Origin: Setoptus koraiensis | Taxonomy: Eukaryota > Animalia > Arthropoda | Direction: 5' to 3' | Assembly (NCBI GenBank): GCA_048013815.1 | Contig: CM106586.1 | Location: 16,368,001-16,432,000, forward strand | Length of the DNA: 64,000 bases | Shown here: piece after piece, positions 62,820 to 64,000 of the stretch | How positions within the stretch are numbered: position 1 is the stretch's first letter | Layout of the letters: each line of letters begins with the position of its first letter | The notes under the pieces: model-generated | The model's database searches: none | Seen by the model: the letters and a program-made list of their open reading frames with translations, nothing else | Told to the model about the DNA's origin: nothing | Translations under genes and position numbers: made by a program

Positions 62820-64000
62820 CGTAGTTGATATTGTAGTGCCTGTTTTTGTCGGACTAAATTAACGTCCGTCAATACAGTAAATGATGACCACTGGAGTTTG
62901 TTTAAATCGATAGCTAGCTGAATGATGTTGCCACTTCAACTTTCACTACTTGAATTTGCAATGATTGTGATGTTGTTACTGTGGAGTTGTCGTTAAATGA
63001 CCGATTGATTGCTAGGCTCATTGAGTTGTTGATTGTTTATTTTTCTAACGTGTTTCGTGATTGCACTCATTCATTATGTGAAAAAATAAGTTTGTTCATA
63101 AAAGTTTTTTGCCGATTAGCAAACTTTTCATCGCCGAATATCATCGCCAGCGAATTAGTGAACTATTGAACAATTAGTTTTTGTTCGACTAGTTATTTAA
63201 ACTCATTTCAACCAGAAAAATGTTTCGCTCGCAACAAGTGACTCAGTGGACACAGGGGGAGGGGTTTTGTTTGTTGGTGATGTAAGTATATGTGATACCG
63301 CAGCGAGTAGCTTTTGCAACGAGGCACAATCAAGTACGAAATCCACCTAAAAGACAGAGAGGATTTCGTTGACTTTCAACTGTTAACATTGTTATATAAA
63401 ATGCAGCACCAAAATTAATTTATTCATAGATCAAAAAACAACAACAATCATACACTCACATATATATTTAATATATTTATATGAGTGACTGGAGTTTATT
63501 GTGGCGCTACGTGATATAATAACCTCAGCGGCGCAAACAATCAAGCAATCTCCGTGGTTCTATCGTCATATATCGCCACGGCGATGGGTTATGTCTCTGA
63601 CAGCAGCAATAAGAGATGAGGAGATAAAGGGAACTCGCGATATATTTGCATGCTATTTTGCATGTCGGGATATGTCGATTCGTCTTGCATGCTCATTATC
63701 GACTGACTGTATTGATTTCTTGGAAAGAGTGAGGGGGGGGGGCGTGTGATTGGTGGTGCTTTGAAATAGACGATTCACCTGTGCGTGTGAGTGTGTGTGT
63801 GTGTGTGTGCTCACTCGTTAGCTCGTGATCCGACGAAATCTTGACACGTCTTCCATTCTTTATTCGGTGGTTCCATTGATGGTAGACGAAAACAACCGCC
63901 AATAAGACAAAGACACCACCATTGATAGTTACAGCGAAAGGCAGTTCCCTTTCTCTTTATCAATGTAACATTCGGTGCGACTTTGTGAGGCAACTATAAA

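Overview
Eukaryotic genomic DNA, most consistent with a mite or other chelicerate with a compact, intron-poor genome (eriophyoid-like; this is inferred from very long exons, short AT-rich introns and arthropod-type orthologues, not from a database search). Left to right: a 5-exon secreted Cys-rich protein gene that the ORF track misses; a gustatory-receptor-like gene; an RPRD/CID protein; myosin VIIa; a ~10 kb GC-rich, microsatellite-dense non-coding island; a stand-alone HMG box-A gene head-to-head with a broken HP1-like gene; an A1 aspartic protease; an orphan secreted protein; a second GR-like gene; an N-cadherin (CadN) orthologue; a non-coding region with a hAT-like MITE; two inverted synaptobrevin genes flanking TYW3 and DTD1; iRhom; tRNA-Asn(GTT); RWDD1; and a large 3xCBM14 peritrophin-mucin. 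Best leads: (1) CadN has two pairs of mutually exclusive exons, each with a ~15-bp long-range intronic RNA pairing that would loop out one alternative, and nearly all surviving introns of the gene sit at these clusters. (2) The two synaptobrevin genes share a 294-bp perfect inverted repeat limited to the CDS, around a symmetric tRNA-enzyme cassette, suggesting gene conversion or a flippable segment. (3) The myosin VIIa P-loop reads GWSGSGKT. Exon models were derived by hand from GT/AG sites and frame continuity and have no transcript support.
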